Of a DNA stretch of 64,000 nucleotides, positions 44,301 to 60,100 are shown piece by piece (within the stretch, counting starts at the first letter, position 1; every line of letters starts with the position of its first letter). A model generated the notes under the pieces. The model was not told the origin of the DNA. It ran no database searches and was given only the letters and a program-made list of their open reading frames with translations. The DNA comes from Felis catus (lineage: Eukaryota): contig NC_058375.1 in NCBI RefSeq assembly GCF_018350175.1, positions 215,264,001 to 215,328,000 of the forward strand, in the 5' to 3' direction. A program made the position numbers and the translations under genes.

Positions 44301-44422
44301 CACGTATCCCTAGGTAAATCCTTAGGTAAAGGATTATAAAGCCTGGAATGTATGATGGGACTGTAGGCAGCATGCCCTACACAGTAGGGCTGGGAATCTT
44401 CTCTGGCTTTTCCCGGGTTTGA

Positions 44423-44989
<567 letters not shown>

Positions 44990-45979
44990 TAGCACCAAGC
45001 TCGCTCCTTGCTGATTAATGTTAATTGATGGAAATGAATTACTCAGGATTGGGAATGTGTTCAAAGAGAAGATTGACCTTGGACTGCAAACCCACGCCTG
45101 CCATTACCGTCATCAAGGGAGGCAGGGGAGATGGGGGGACTTTCAAGCTAAGAGCATCTTAATGCCCAGCGTGTCGGAGTGACAGTGTTAGAAAGTCATA
45201 GAAGTCCCTGTGGAGTTCAGGGAGTGCGTGTGAATTATTCATGGTGCTTTTCTGCAGTTTCTTTGGGATCTGCGTCCCGGGCATCCTCTCCCCACCACTC
45301 AGTCCAAAGCTTTAGCCCGTGCCTGGCACATAGCAGGTGCTCCCTTGGTAATTGTCGGACAGATAAGCGTTGATGGCAAGGGTGATGCTGTCCCTAAACC
45401 GTTATGAAAAGTCCCAGGAAACCCTTTCAGACTTAGTGATGATCTGAGAGCAGTGCTGTGGCTGTCACTTCTGTCGCCCCCTTTCTGAGCCCAGACCCAA
45501 CATCATACCCATTCAGGAAGCATGGCCTCAGTGCTTATGTTTACGCGATGCTACGGCAGGTGCCACAAGAGATTTGGAGGGCCATAGAGCGCCGTCCTCG
45601 ACCTCACAGTGTCGCTGCCTGGTCCGGCAATCCCAAAGTGGTTTCACCCATCATGCCAAGTCTGATAGACTTTTTTTGTGGCTTCTAGGAGCCCTCGACT
45701 GAGGAGGATTTGAGTCTGTTTCTGTTCTCAGCCGGCGAGTGTCTTGACCAGTTCTCAATGTCTGCTGTGGGCCGGGGGGAGGGAGGGAGTCTTTGAGCCA
45801 GGGCCCTGCGTCTGCCCTCCCCGGCCCCGTAGGTGCAGGTGGGGGATGGAGATAGGGGACAGGTGGGGGTTAGAGCAACATGAACGACCCACGTGGGTGT
45901 CGCGCATGGAAGATATCAGGCTTTCTGTCTACCGGCAACTGTTCCCCAGGTCAGGGTCCTGCTGACGTGCAGAGGATTC

Positions 45980-46100
45980 TCACTTCACGTCGGCCTCTTG
46001 AGGGCCCCACCTACTGGCTCATGAGGTCACAGCCCCATCGAGGTACATGGGGGTTGGGACGTCAAAGTACGAATTTTGGGGGGTGCGATTCACCCCATAA
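45980..46100 (-). mobile_element. MaLR (MLT1-like) LTR fragment
   Basis: GGGGGTTGGGACGTCAAAGTACGAATTTTGGGGGG...CCCATAAC resembles the reverse complement of an MLT1 5' end. Confidence 0.55.
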
Positions 46101-46569
46101 CCCCTCTGTAAAGGCTCTTTCTCCCAGCTGTCTTTTACTTGCTGGCTTTGACTTACTATGTGTCTGCAGCCAGGGGGTGAAAATGTCCTGCTCGGGAGAA
46201 GCAAAGACGGAAGGAGGTTCCACATTTAAGGCAGGAATGGGCCCAGGCCGATGTGAGGAAATAAGGGAACAGCACCGTTTTTACTGGGAACCTCCTGACG
46301 CCGTTGTAGGCGCTGAGCTGGCTCTCCACGTGGGGTCACGCGTGTTCCCTTCTCCTAGCCTGCTGTGGCTGGGCTCTGGGGTCGTGCCTTCCTCCTGTTC
46401 CTCCGCTCCCGGGTGTGGTTTCTCAGCTCCTCATACATGTGCTGCCGTTGTCCAGAAGCCACGGGCATGAAAATGACCCAATGCAGAGATTTGCTTCGTA
46501 TTCATGTGTGACCCAGAGGGGCTTAGCTCAAGGGATGACATTGATGTGTATCTGGCAAGTGAATGTATA

Positions 46570-47491
46570 TTTTTTTTAAAAAAGCTTCTAACGTTTATTT
46601 ATTTTTGAGACAGAGAGGGACAGAGCGTGAGCAGGGGAGGGGCAGAGAGAGAGGGAGACACAGAATCGGAAACAGGCTCCAGGCTCCGAGCCGTCAGCCC
46701 AGAGCCCGACGCGGGGCTCGAACTCCCGGACCGTGAGATCGTGACCTGGCTGAAGTCGGACGCTTAACCGACTGCGCCACCCAGGCGCCCCAAAACTCTT
46801 TAAATTTTTAAAAAAATTTTAAAGTTTTTGAGAGAGAGAGAGCATGAGATAGAGAGAGAGAGAGAGAAGAGAGGGAGAGAATCCCAAGCAGGCTCTGTGC
46901 TCATCACGGAGCCCAATGTGGGGCTCGAGCTCATGGACCGTGAGATCATGACCTGAGCCGAAGTCGGATGCCAAACCGACTGAGCCACCCAGACACCTCT
47001 GTTTTTTTTTTTTTAATTAAAAAAATTTTTTTAAGTTTATATATTTATTTTGAAAGAGAGGGAGAAAGAGAGAGAGAGAGAGTGCCTGCACACCGTGTGC
47101 GCACAAGCAGGGGAGGGGCAGAGAGAGAAGGAGAGACAGAATCCCAAGCAGGCTCCACACCCGATGCGGGGCTTGAACTCATGAACTGTGAGATCGTGAC
47201 CTGAGCTGAGATCAAGAGTCGGACGCTTAAACGACTGAGCCACCCAGGCGCCCCGAGAGTGTATGTTTTTAAAAATAATTTTTTCCAACGTTTTTTATTT
47301 ATTTTTGGGACAGAGAGAGACAGAGCATGAACGGGGGAGGGGCAGAGAGAGAGGGAGACACAGAATTGGAAACAGGCTCCAGGCTCTGAGCCATCAGCCC
47401 AGAGCCCGACGCGGGGCTCGAACCCATGGACTGCGAGATCGTGACCTGGCTGAAGTCGGACGCTTAACCGACTGCGCCACCCAGGCGCCCC
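46570..47491 (-). mobile_element. Cluster of four same-strand Can-SINEs (~46570-46791, 46800-46997, 47000-47254, 47271-47491)
   Basis: Four consecutive T-tail/(GA)n/CCACCCAG units with almost no unique spacer. Confidence 0.94.
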
Positions 47492-48532
47492 AAGAGTGTA
47501 TGTTTTTTAAGAGGTGAGTTGGCGAGGCAGGGTCTTCCTCATTCAGTCCCACGGCGGTGCTCTGGCTGGGAGCAAGCGGGGGCCGCGACAGTGGCTCATG
47601 AGGCCAGAGCGAGGGAGACTTGGGAAGCCCGGGATCAAGGGGCTCGAGGGTGTCCTTTGGAGCAGAGGGTGCTGCCGGTGGCTGCTTCTCGGAATGTTCT
47701 TTTCTCGCTCATTCATGCTCCCAGGCATTTCTTCACTAGTCTCGGGGCTGACCCTGACTCCCACATGGTGTGAAGGCACAGAAGCTGCAGCCATTGTCTG
47801 GTTCCTCCAGGCATCTAGAGAAGTCGTGGGCCCGGAGACAGGACTTTGGGTTGCGTGAGAGGGCGGGGCTTGGCCCGGCGGCTGGAAGACACAAGGAGAC
47901 ACGTCTTGGCGTAAGCCGAACACTTCATTCGTGCCTCCTGCCTTTCAGTAAGTGTTTACTGAGCACCTACCAGATGCCAGGCACTGTTCTAGACACTGGA
48001 GATACAGCAACGGACCAAGCACGCAAATCTCTCTGTTCTTACGGGGCTTTTTACTGGTTAGAGAGGATCGGCGGGGGTCGTTTCTGGGAGTTTCCGAGGA
48101 GAGAACAGCACTGCCCAGAGTCTTACATTTACTGGAAGGTTGGCCTAGAGGGTTGCAGCTGTGAAATGAGAAGTCCTTAGGTCACAAATATCTCCATCCA
48201 AAGTTGTATGGACGTTTAACTATGAAGTCATTTATTCGAAGGAGGCTCAGGACAAGTGCATTTTGCTTGGAGAAGGACCCTGGGCAGGTGTAGTGTGACG
48301 TGTTCCCCGGGAGAGACCCAGAGTAGACAGAGTGGGGGGCAGGAGCCTCGGGAAGCGAAGTGGGCTGCGGAGAAGCACTTCCCAGTCATCCCGGGGGCCT
48401 GCCGGGAGGAGGTGATGCCCACAGCTCTGACCCAGTCCCACTATCCTGTGTACGTTTATAATGGGTGATGTTTGATACGGAGGGTGATGATGCAGGCGTC
48501 CGGCTTTGGGCAAATATTTCCTCTTTTTCCTC

Positions 48533-48734
48533 TTTTTTTTTTTTTTAATGTTTTTATTTATTTTTGAGACAGAGAGAGACAGAGCATGAGCAGGGGAGGG
48601 GCAGAGAGAGGGAGACACAGAATCTGAAGCAGGCTCCAGGCTCTGAGCTGTCAGCACAGAGCCCGACGCGGGGCTCGAACTCACAGACTGAGATCGTGAC
48701 CTGAGCCGAAGTCGGATGCTTAACCGACTGAGCC
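48533..48734 (-). mobile_element. Can-SINE, slightly 5'-truncated
   Basis: Ends at ACCGACTGAGCC and lacks the terminal ACCCAGGCGCCCC. Confidence 0.92.
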
Positions 48735-50348
48735 CTTCTTCTTTTTCGTCTTAAACATCACTTTGGAACAGACCGGTTTTATTCATCGATCCTGTGTTAA
48801 GACGATGTATGGGAGTGCCTTGGGCTGAGGGTTGAGAGCGGCGGGGGTGGGGGTGGGGGATGAAAGGATTCAAGTCCGTCTCTGCCCCCAGACAGCTGAC
48901 CCTGAGGTCTGTGAGCCAGACTGCGGAGCATGGCCTCCGGGTTTCTCGTTGTTCAAGGAATCCGACGCTGGGGGTCGCTGTTTCTCTTCTGCCTGCAGAC
49001 TCGTGTGGCTGGAATCCTCAGTTTGGTTTCCTCCAGGAATCTGCTTTGCTATCCTGGCCTGTCTTAATGAACCGAATTCACACGCGTTAGGAAAAACCCG
49101 GAACCAGACAGGATGTTACCTGTTTCAGGTTGTGTCTGGGTATCCCAAAGTGCACTCTCCTTATGTCTCCTTCCCCGGGGGCGGCTGTAATAGGCTAAAC
49201 TGACATTTTCAACCAAGGCAGTCTGTATGTACAAGCGTCCATCGATCAAATTGTGGATCTTTATGCAACACGAGATAAGTTCCATCACCCCTTCAGTGTT
49301 AAGGCCCTTGGAATCCCCAAATCCTGAAAGATATGCTGGAATATGGTTCTGGTATTTGGTGAGTAGAGCCCCTGTCTGTCATTCCACTCAGAAAAGAGGC
49401 CTCTGTTCATTAAACACCGCCCCCCCCCCAAAAAAAAACCCGCTTTCTTACTACAACAGTGCCTCCAACCCCCGGGCTCGATCTGTTCAGGGTTTCTCCC
49501 CCAGCTCAGGCCAGGATTCTGAGAGGCCGAACTGGACTGGATCGACCGGGTTGCCGTGTTCCTATCTGCCTCCCGGATCAGGGTTTTAAAGGGGGAGCAG
49601 GTGGCTGGGGCCTGTCCCCACCGCTCTCACCTTCCAGACGGTTCTTGGCGGGTAATCGGCGAGACGGGGGCCGCCCACATGGACGGTGAGGGATGCTGGT
49701 GCGGTTTCTGGGCCCCCGCGTTCAGCCATCCCACAGAGGAACGTGGTCGAACCGGGGCTGGGCGATTTTACTTCCCTGGTGCTTGATTTCGTAGTGAAAT
49801 TGAAAAGCGCCACGTACCTTTGAGGACACGTCCTTGCCGATGTTTTCCTGCGTCGCTCAAGTAAGTCTGGTGGTTTCCTTAGCTGAGCCCACTTGGGCTT
49901 GGTGTCACCAGCCCTCCAGCCCTTGCTGCGTTTCATTTTAAACATGTCCAATGACCGCCTTTCCCCGGGGCCAGTGGATTCTTCGAGAATCAGCGTCGCA
50001 CCTAATCGGACATCGTGTATGCCAGGAGCCCGGCACGGGTATTGGGAATCCTGTGGGCTCTCGGTAAACAGGTTTGAAATAGAGGGACGGACGGGAGGGT
50101 CAGGTGACTACCCTGGAGTCCCCCAAAACCCAGCAGACAGATCACCAAGGGGCTGTCTTTCTATTGGATCGTCTTCTCCCTCTTTATCTCCTGACGGCTT
50201 TTCTTCTGAGAAATCATGCCCAATACCCACAAGTCATGGTGAAAGGGTCCCTGAGGCACACTGTTCCTGTCAGTCATTCCTGCGACTACACCTGTCCTCA
50301 TAGGTGCCGCATAGAACGCCTGTGTGCAAAGTAAAAAAGAAAATTCCT

Positions 50349-50400
50349 GGGGCGCCTGGGTGGCTCGGTCGGTTAGGCATCTGACGTTGGCTCAGGTCAT
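50349..50400 (+). mobile_element. Can-SINE head-only fragment
   Basis: GGGGCGCCTGGGTGGCTCGGTCGGTTAGGCATCTGACGTTGGCTCAGGTCAT followed by unrelated sequence. Confidence 0.88.
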
Positions 50401-50771
50401 CGCCACGTGCCAAAAAGTATTTACAACAAATACGCAAATCTATGACGACGACAGTTGTCAGTTGCGCAGTGCCCAACTTATACCACCGTACTGGGCGGCT
50501 TGGGTGTTCCACATTTGTCCACGCAGGTTGTGCTCACTGTCTTCCGGTTCATCTTTAAAGAACGGCGATGGTGCACGAGTCCTTTTTCTGACTTTGTCAG
50601 CAACACATGAGTAACGGAACAGCAAGTGTGCAACCTACTTTCCAATCCCCCCAGAATATCACGGGGCATGTGGCAGGGCACATGGGACATGTGGCTCAAA
50701 AAGGATGTGGGGAAAAATGTGTGAACGTTAAAAAAAAAATCTGGAAGCAGTTGATGTTTCCCAGCCGCTGA

Positions 50772-50909
<138 letters not shown>

Positions 50910-52091
50910 TAAGTTGGCCTCACCACCTTTCCCAGTTTCAGGCGGTTTTTGGATTTTCTTGAGTGAAGAGGTGAAGAAAAGATCTCTTCTACTTCAAGCC
51001 CAAGATCAACCTGTCTCCCCTTCCCCCCCATCTCGAGATTACTGCAAACGCCACCGTCTGAGCCTCTTAGAGACCCAGCATGGTCGGCACGGAGTTACGT
51101 CTCCTCTCTTCTCCCTCCTGGTGGTCTGTAATCGAAAAGTTCTTCACAGTTTTTCTCTCTGTGCTCGCAGAATTTGGGGGAGGGGGATGATTAGAGACGG
51201 AGGAAGCAGAGGATGATGAGCACGTGAAATGTTGCGTAACGTGTTCCTTTTGGACCACGTAATCTTCTAAAATGTACCTAACTGCCTCGTGAATGCTGGC
51301 TATGCAGCCCGCCCTCCCAGAGTCAGAGCGGATGATTAGAAAAACCCATCTAGAATCACCGTTGCAGGCAGAAAGCAATGTGCACGCCACGTGAAAGGGA
51401 AGTTGAGGTACACCCAGACCATGGCGCACATCGCCCGTGCCCGCACCCCTCCGGGCCTGCCTTCCCCGAGTAGCCTCAAGGCAAAGCTCGTGGTCGTATT
51501 CGAGCTGTGCACATGGCGTCCCTTGCAGAGAAGCCTGACTCTTTGGACGAACGCCTACCCGTTGCTCACTCCGCAGTCTGAAGTGAGTGAGAGCTCCGTT
51601 TCCCCCTCCGATACCTTTCCTTTCTGCTGGGGCTCAGCGTTTGAATCACGGTGGGTTGGACGTGATTTCTAGAGCATTCCAGGGGGCGAAAACACATGGC
51701 TTCCAATTAACACATTCGCAGGTGGTCAGCGAGTCAAATGATCTGGTGCAAATGAGGTGAGGTCTCATTAGGGGAAACCTGGCAGAACCTAGTCCCAAGT
51801 GGCTGGTCTGGGCTGGAGACCGGGATCATCATGGTGGCCGAGGGAGCCAGGAAGTTAGCGATGATGCGACGGCGTTCTTGCGGTGGGTAGAGTTTGAGGA
51901 GGACGTGGCAAAAACCTCTGCAAGCCTTGTTGTGTGCCCTGTCGTTTCTCCACCGGGGGCCACGAGGGCAGAAGACCAGGGCCTTTGGTCCTCAGTGACT
52001 GACACGCGTTGTCCTTGGTCTGCTCCCACTCACTCTCGGCACCCTGACCCTGTTTCTTCGTGTTCGGTTAGTTTTAAAAACAAAAGTTTGA

Positions 52092-52457
<366 letters not shown>

Positions 52458-53336
52458 TAATTAAATGTGTTGCCAGTGAAGCCATCCGTCCAGATGTCAC
52501 TCTTTACCAGCTGTTTTCATTTGAGTCTGGACAACTCAGAGAAGAGGCGGGAGTGCAACGTTTACACCCATCTTATAGATGCGGACCGCGGAGGTTAATG
52601 TTCGTCTGGAAGCGTGCAGGGGGCTAGAAGCACAGCGATGATCAGAGCTTCGATTCTGTGGCCACGCAGTATAGATGTAGGACGAGCCCTACCAGCCCCC
52701 TTTCACAGGGGCGTCCAACAGAAAGAGAATTATCCACTGACGATGTGGGTTTCCTAAGCTTGTTTTCCAGATGACCCAAACCTCCTGTGCTTCTGTCTGT
52801 AAGTCAGATGGGCGTTTGGATGAGCTCATCTGGAGGTTGCTTTCCAACGCTGAGGTCCTTTTGAGTTTGCGGTTTTAACTCAAAGCATATCTGAGGCACC
52901 ATGTCACCATGAAGTCATGCTGTGTGTGCAAAAAGTCAAACAAGAAATTAAACCGTGCGTTCTTGTCTAATAAAGACAGCTTTTAATTTTTCTTAAAAAA
53001 AAAAAAAAAAGAATACCGAGGACGCGATGTAGGGATTTAAAGAAAGAGAGCCTGATGAGGAGTAGAGGTACAGGTGCTCCAGAATTAGGCCCCTCTTTCG
53101 CTCTCGAGCTGGGCTCTCTCGTCCAGAAGGTTTCTGTGGCTGAGCTGGCTGGGAGACCTACAAGCCAAAATACATCCATTGGTTTTAATTCCGGAAAAGA
53201 GTTGTCCCAAGACCCGAAGGTGGCAAATTAGGGGGAACACAGGGTGACTGGAACTTCGACCCTTCCCTGTGGTCAGCTGAGCAGACGAGCCACCCGTGGG
53301 GCACGGTCCTGACTCTGTTCTCTTGTCCTCCCTTGA

Positions 53337-53591
<255 letters not shown>

Positions 53592-54346
53592 TGATCCACA
53601 GCTGGCGTCGAGTCAACACCCGGGAGTGAACACTGACCCTCATGACCTTTTCTCGGAGCGGGACTTTACGCCCGCCTTGCAGACGTGTTCAGCGTGTAGT
53701 CTGCGACGTTTCGACTTCTCAAAAAATAGCGTTTCTTGTGTTTTCAACAGCGAGCGGCAGTTGACAGCAACAAGCCTCGCTAGTTTAGGAACAGGTGTTG
53801 TGAGTTGTCCTCTCTTGTATAACTGGGAGCCCATTTATTTCAAAAGGAGCAATACTGAAATTTTTGCACCGGCAATTGGAATTTAAACATCCGGCGGTGG
53901 CCCACTGTCCGCTCTCTTTTGGAGGCAGGTCAGTGGCAGCACGGATGGCACGGATGTGCCCACACCCAGCTTACGTAAGGAAGGGGTGGGGCACGTGCAG
54001 GCCAGCGTGTGTGTTGAACGAGCTGTCGAAAGCGTCTTTGTGATGCCGACGATGGCCCGGGCTTGTCGTGTTCGGTCCTGCCACGACACAGCGATCCCGA
54101 TGTTCCCCTGCCCTGTTGGTCACATTTCTCAGCTCCCTGGTGTTCTCTCGATTAGCCCTGTGGCCTCGGGCAGCCCTGGCCTCTTCTGCTACGGCCTGTT
54201 CCAAGGCTTTAGCTCTTTTCCTGTGCGTGATGGAAAGGCACCTTGTTATTGTTAACTTCCCTTCTGCACACTGTGCTCACCATTATTCATCAGGGAGTAC
54301 GTTTCATCCTCATGGCTTTAGTCCCACTGCACCCCAGTAGTTTTAG

Positions 54347-54922
<576 letters not shown>

Positions 54923-55528
54923 TAGAAGTCCACCCGCGAGGAAGTTAGGTGAGAGCTTAGGGCATAGGGGACTGGAGGGGGTGTGGCCTTCGAGGAACTA
55001 TATTGACAACACAGCGAGTGAGTCCCTGTGAGCCGTGCTGCCAGTTTCTATGACACCAAAGACAGGTACCTGTAATGCCCTCCAGCACATCCAGACTCTG
55101 CACGTCTAGCATCCACGTAGCCATCTTCCCGGGTGCCATGATGTGGACGTGATACCGATGCAGTGGGGTTCAGTGCCTCTCCAATGTCTTTATTTTCTAG
55201 GGATTCGGTGGCTTGGATTCTAGGGTTTAAAGGACTCAGCCTGTAGTTAGTGGCTGCCTTAACAATTTTCAGTTTAAATACAAATCGTAAGAGCAGAGTC
55301 AGGAGAGTGACTTTCTTTTGGGGCTCACGTCTCATGAGGTGAAGAGAGAATGCGACGGTGACTCTAAAATGTTTTCGTTGCCTTTGGCAGTTCTCCCTAA
55401 TACTTTCAGAAAATCGTGATCTTCATTTCCCTTCATCTTTCTTGAGAGGGTTTCGCCGGGTTTCAGTGGTCGTTTTAGTGCGAGCTACTTAGTTGTATGT
55501 TGTTGTTTTAAGGCAGGTAGTCATTTTT

Positions 55529-55725
55529 TTAAAGTTTATTTATTCTGAGAGAGAAAAAGAGGAGGAGAGAGAGAGAGAGAGAAAGGGAGAGAGAGAATCC
55601 CAAGCAGGCACCAAACTATCATTGTGGATCCCTATGTGGGGCTCAAACTCGCGAATCTGTGAGGTCACGATCTGAGCTGAAATCAAAAGTCAGACACTTA
55701 ACCGACTGAGCCACCCGGGTGCCCC
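55529..55725 (-). mobile_element. Can-SINE
   Basis: TSD AAGG(C/T)AGGTAGTCATTTTT. Confidence 0.92.
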
Positions 55726-56605
55726 AAGGTAGGTAGTCATTTTGGGTATGTGATCCCAGCACAGACAGACAGAAAATTTAGCAATAGTGTATCATCGTTA
55801 AACGTCGGGGTGGAAGAGAAACACCTTGTCGGAGTCAGAAACCCAGAAACGACGAAAGGCAAGATAGACACCGTTGGTTTCGTACGGCACGTGTTGAAGG
55901 TAAAGGAAAGCTCAGGTGAAGTCACGTGATAAGTGGTAGCTTGGGGGAAACTGTGGCATGAGATGAACGAAGCCTTTTGAATTCCCGATGTCGAAAGAGC
56001 GTCTGCAGGTGGATGGCAGAAAGATGATGCAATAGGAAATTGACAGAGGAACGGCAATTCAGAGAAGGCAACTTCATGTGGCGGGAAATCACACGCAAAG
56101 GGCCTGCGTCTTGTTGATGGGAAAGGCCAGAAAAGCCAACGAGATGCTGGCTTAGGACCCATCAGATCTACAGAAATTTCAAAAAGCCTCTTGTGTTGGG
56201 GGTGATGCTGAGAAATGAAATGGGCATCGCTGCTGGCAATGTGAATTGCCTCTCAGCCTCTGGAAAGTGATATGCAAAGAATTATTAAAAGAAAACACAC
56301 ACAAATCCTTGAGGCAGCTCTCTCGCATCTGGGACTCTATCCTAAGGACGTATGTACAAGGATGCTTGTTGGATCATCGTTTGATGCCTGTTGACTGCGG
56401 GGATGGCCGAAGAAAGCTTGTTACAGGTGACAGAGTATCGCGCAGGTTTTAAAAAAGATCTCTTTTTATGGACTTGAAAGAATGATGTTTTGTTAAACGT
56501 AGAAAGCAAATTGCAGACTAGTTCTTATGGTGTAATCTCATTTTCTTACAGTAAAAGCCAAGAAATTAAAAGAATTAGCACAATTAATTTAAAAAGCAAG
56601 CGTAT

Positions 56606-56819
56606 GGGGTGCCTGGGTGGCTCAGTTGGTAAAGCATCCGACTTTGTCGGCTCGGGTCATGATCTCGCAGTTTGTGAGTTCGAGCCCCATGTCGGGCTCT
56701 GTGCGGACAGCTCGGAGCCTGGAGCCTGCTTCGGATTCTGTGTCTCTCTCTCTCTCTCTGCCCCTCCCCAGCTCCCACGCTCTCTCTCTCTCAAAAATAA
56801 ATAAACATGGGAAAAAAAA
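56606..56819 (+). mobile_element. Can-SINE
   Basis: Full head, (CT)n tract and AATAAA tail. Confidence 0.92.
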
Positions 56820-58431
56820 TACAGGTATGTATTTCACTTGTTACAGTAATCGCATAAAGCTTCTATAATGTAGAGAAAAAATAAAAAGAAGACAGCTGTT
56901 GCATAGAGCCCTGGGCTCCCAAGAGACACAAGGATTGTGGACGAGGGTCCGTGGCCTCCTTTTGCCCAGGGGTGGGTGGGGCCACACGCCTCTGGACTTG
57001 TTACCCATCTAGCAGGCTGAGCAGTGAGTGGCCATCTGGTCTACCCGCGGGCAAAGAAGTCCTCCCTCGGTCCCACCTCTACACTGTGGCCGCAGTAATG
57101 TTTCTAAAATGTCACTTGCTCTACTTAAAATTCTGAGAGGATGTCGGTATTTCCCCACGGCTTTCGAGGTAAATTTCAGGTTCTTCAGCTTTTTCCAAGG
57201 CTGTCCGTGACCTGGCTTTTGAGCAACAGTCAGACATCTCACGGTCTGTCCCTGGGGAGCACCTGGGTGTCTGTCCTGAAACAGGGTGGTGACCTATGAC
57301 ATCTGACGCTTTGCAAGTGCTGTTCCTTCTGTCGGGATTACTTACTCCATTTTGCCTGTCTCTTGCCCCGATCCTGCTCGCCTTTTAAGGAGCTGAGCAT
57401 CATCCTCTGCCCGAGTGGTCCCCGATGCCCTCCCCACTTGGTGTAGAGACTCCCCGCACCCCCCACACAGCGACAACCCTCTGTCCTTCTGGACCGTAGG
57501 CTCTAGAGGATGGAGACGGGTCAGGCTCAGCACCTGGACCCTTGTGGGTTGGATGAATGAGAACAGGGCTCTTCCTGTGTTTAGTTCATTATTTAGTTAC
57601 GCCTTGGGAGCTTGGCCGCCAGGTCTTTACGTTTCCTGAGACGCGTCATTGGTGGGTCACAGACCAGCGGGGGCTGTAGCACATAGATGTATAATGTCTG
57701 TTCTGTGCCTGGGGGGGCCACGGAGATCATATGGTTGTTGTGTCCACGTGGACCTAAGGAGAGAATGTGCAACCCTCTCTGTCACCACCCCAACGGGTGG
57801 CCAGGCAGGGAAGGACTCGGGAGTCAAGAGGCTACACAGGGTCATGCTGCCTGAGGTCCCAGTCTGAGCTGCAGAGAGAGTGGCAGCTGCTGGGTGATTA
57901 TGTGTCCACATGAAAGCCAGGGAGGGAGGACACGCCCTTACAACCTTTACACCGATCACGGGACAGGCCGTGTGAAAACTGGCCACTATGCAGTTTCCCC
58001 AGAAATTAACCAAAGGGGCTGATAGCTCCCAAAGCCGTGACATCTGAGTTGCACTAATTCGGTAAATCTCAGAGAGGCACAGAGTAGAATACGACTTAGA
58101 TCTGTCCTGGGTCTGTGTGCTGTGAAGGGAGGACCTTCCCACATTTCTAATCCATTATCCGCATTATAATGATGAACTGATAGAATCTGGAGCCTAGAGG
58201 GACTGGAGCCCAGCGTGTCATTTTCAGGTTGAGGAAGTGAGTGCCTGGCCATGGGTCTGGCCACACGGCCGTCCAGCTTACCTGTGTCCATTCAGGTCTT
58301 GAATGCAATTCCCCTCCCCAAGACACCCAACCATGGCGTGGTACCCTACTGTTGCCCTATTCAGCGCTTAGGTGTGACAACTTAGGGGCATCCCTCCCCT
58401 TGGGGGGGTCTCCTAGAATAGTCCTTGGTGA

Positions 58432-58530
58432 GGGGTGCCTGGATGGCTCAGTTGGTTGAGCGTCCGACTCTTGACCTAGGCTCGGGTCACGATCTCATGG
58501 TTCGTGAGTTTGAGCCCCGCCTCTGTCAGC
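58432..58530 (+). mobile_element. Can-SINE 5' half running into a gap
   Basis: GGGGTGCCTGGATGGCTCAG head followed by an N run. Confidence 0.88.
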
Positions 58531-58713
58531 NNNNNNNNNNNNNNNNNNNNNNNNNNNNNNNNNNNNNNNNNNNNNNNNNNNNNNNNNNNNNNNNNNNNNN
58601 NNNNNNNNNNNNNNNNNNNNNNNNNNNNNNNNNNNNNNNNNNNNNNNNNNNNNNNNNNNNNNNNNNNNNNNNNNNNNNNNNNNNNNNNNNNNNNNNNNNN
58701 NNNNNNNNNNNNN
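58531..58713. other. Assembly gap (183 N)
   Basis: Run of N. Confidence 0.98.
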
Positions 58714-59574
58714 GGTTAAACCAGAGACCTTTTCTTTGTTGATGCCTGTCTGGGAACTTGTGAGTAACTGCAGCCACCCTCTCGCCACCCTTGGGCGGAA
58801 TCTTCGGAACACTGTTTCTGACGGCTGTGGGAGTTGTTCTGGGCTCTGTGGGCCAGTGGCCGCCAGGCAGTGACCCCTGTCTCGCATCACATCCAAGCAT
58901 TCATGTGAAAGCTTAACCATACACAACGGCGACCTTATGAACTGTAATGTAAAGGAGCACTTGGGAATTTTAAAGCAGTATTCGAGTGCTCTCTAGATGG
59001 CGTTCAACGGGGAGAGGTAATGGATGTAAACCTCTGTGATTATTCTGCATTAAAATTATCGATCACGGGCCCTGTGCAGCTCATCAGAGCATGAAGTGAA
59101 CTTACAGTCAGTAGATGACTCTGGGTCATCTTGACACGCAGCTGTGATGCTCACGGGCACCGTCCTGGAGATATTCCACCCTTTGCCTTTTTTTCCCAAA
59201 GGGGATCCGTCAAACATGTCCTCATCTAGGAGAATTTCTGTAACCAAAATAGGAGGAATATGCGTCCATTACAATATGCAGAAAAGTAGAAAAAAGAAAA
59301 TAATCACCAGGACCAGCTAGAGGTTTGGGTGACACTTCGACTGGCTAGGGGGCACTGTTGAAAGGGGAGAGAAGAAGAAAAGAACAGATAATGTGGTCGT
59401 AAGAATAGCTCGTGTTTACTGATTCTCTTCTGGTGCGGCCATGCAGGTGCCTGTCATGGGCCACCTCAATTATTGACCATTTTGGTGGAGGTGTGGCTTT
59501 CTTATCGCTTTGCAGATGAGGAGCTGGAGGCAGAGAGAAGTTAAGTCTGTGCTGTTAGAGGAGCTGAGGGGCAC

Positions 59575-59695
59575 ATAGACATATTCATATAGTATGATGT
59601 GATACAATGTGCGATATAATGCAATACATAACATAACGTAGTATAACGATATTACGTAATATAACATATTATAATAGAATATTATATAACAAGTA
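59575..59695. repeat. Degenerate (TATAA/CATAA)n AT-rich simple repeat
   Basis: 5-bp periodicity, e.g. atacataacataacgtagtataacgatattacgtaatataacatattataatagaatattatata. Confidence 0.7.
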
Positions 59696-60100
59696 CTAAA
59701 AAGGCTGTTTTCAGAGACTGTGGAGATCAGGGCAGCGTTATTAGGTGTGACAGAACATTGGAGGTGGGGCCAGGGTCAGTGGCACTGAGCAGAGGTAACA
59801 TTCACTCAGAGGACCCCTTACTGGGGGGAGCCCATAGCCTGACTCAAGGCGGTGGGTGGGGGGCGAAGCAGGGGAGATAAAGCTAGTCTGGGGAGAATCA
59901 GCCACTGAAGGGGGTGGAAAGGGAGGCAGGGGCCAGGTTGTGGGGTGTCTTTTATGCCACGTTAAAGAAGTAGGACATTTTCTCGCAGATGAAGGAGCAT
60001 CTGCTGGGTCTTGATGCCGGGCACAGGGCGCAGTCTTAGTCGTGTGATGCTGAGAGCAAAACACTAAACCGAGTTCGCACTTCCAAAATCAGTGTAGTGA

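Noticed and set aside
58531-58713. Exon 22 lost or hidden in the N gap
   Set aside because: The gap starts mid-SINE and roughly fits the missing SINE half. I recall intron 21 being long in human, so exon 22 probably lies past the window end.
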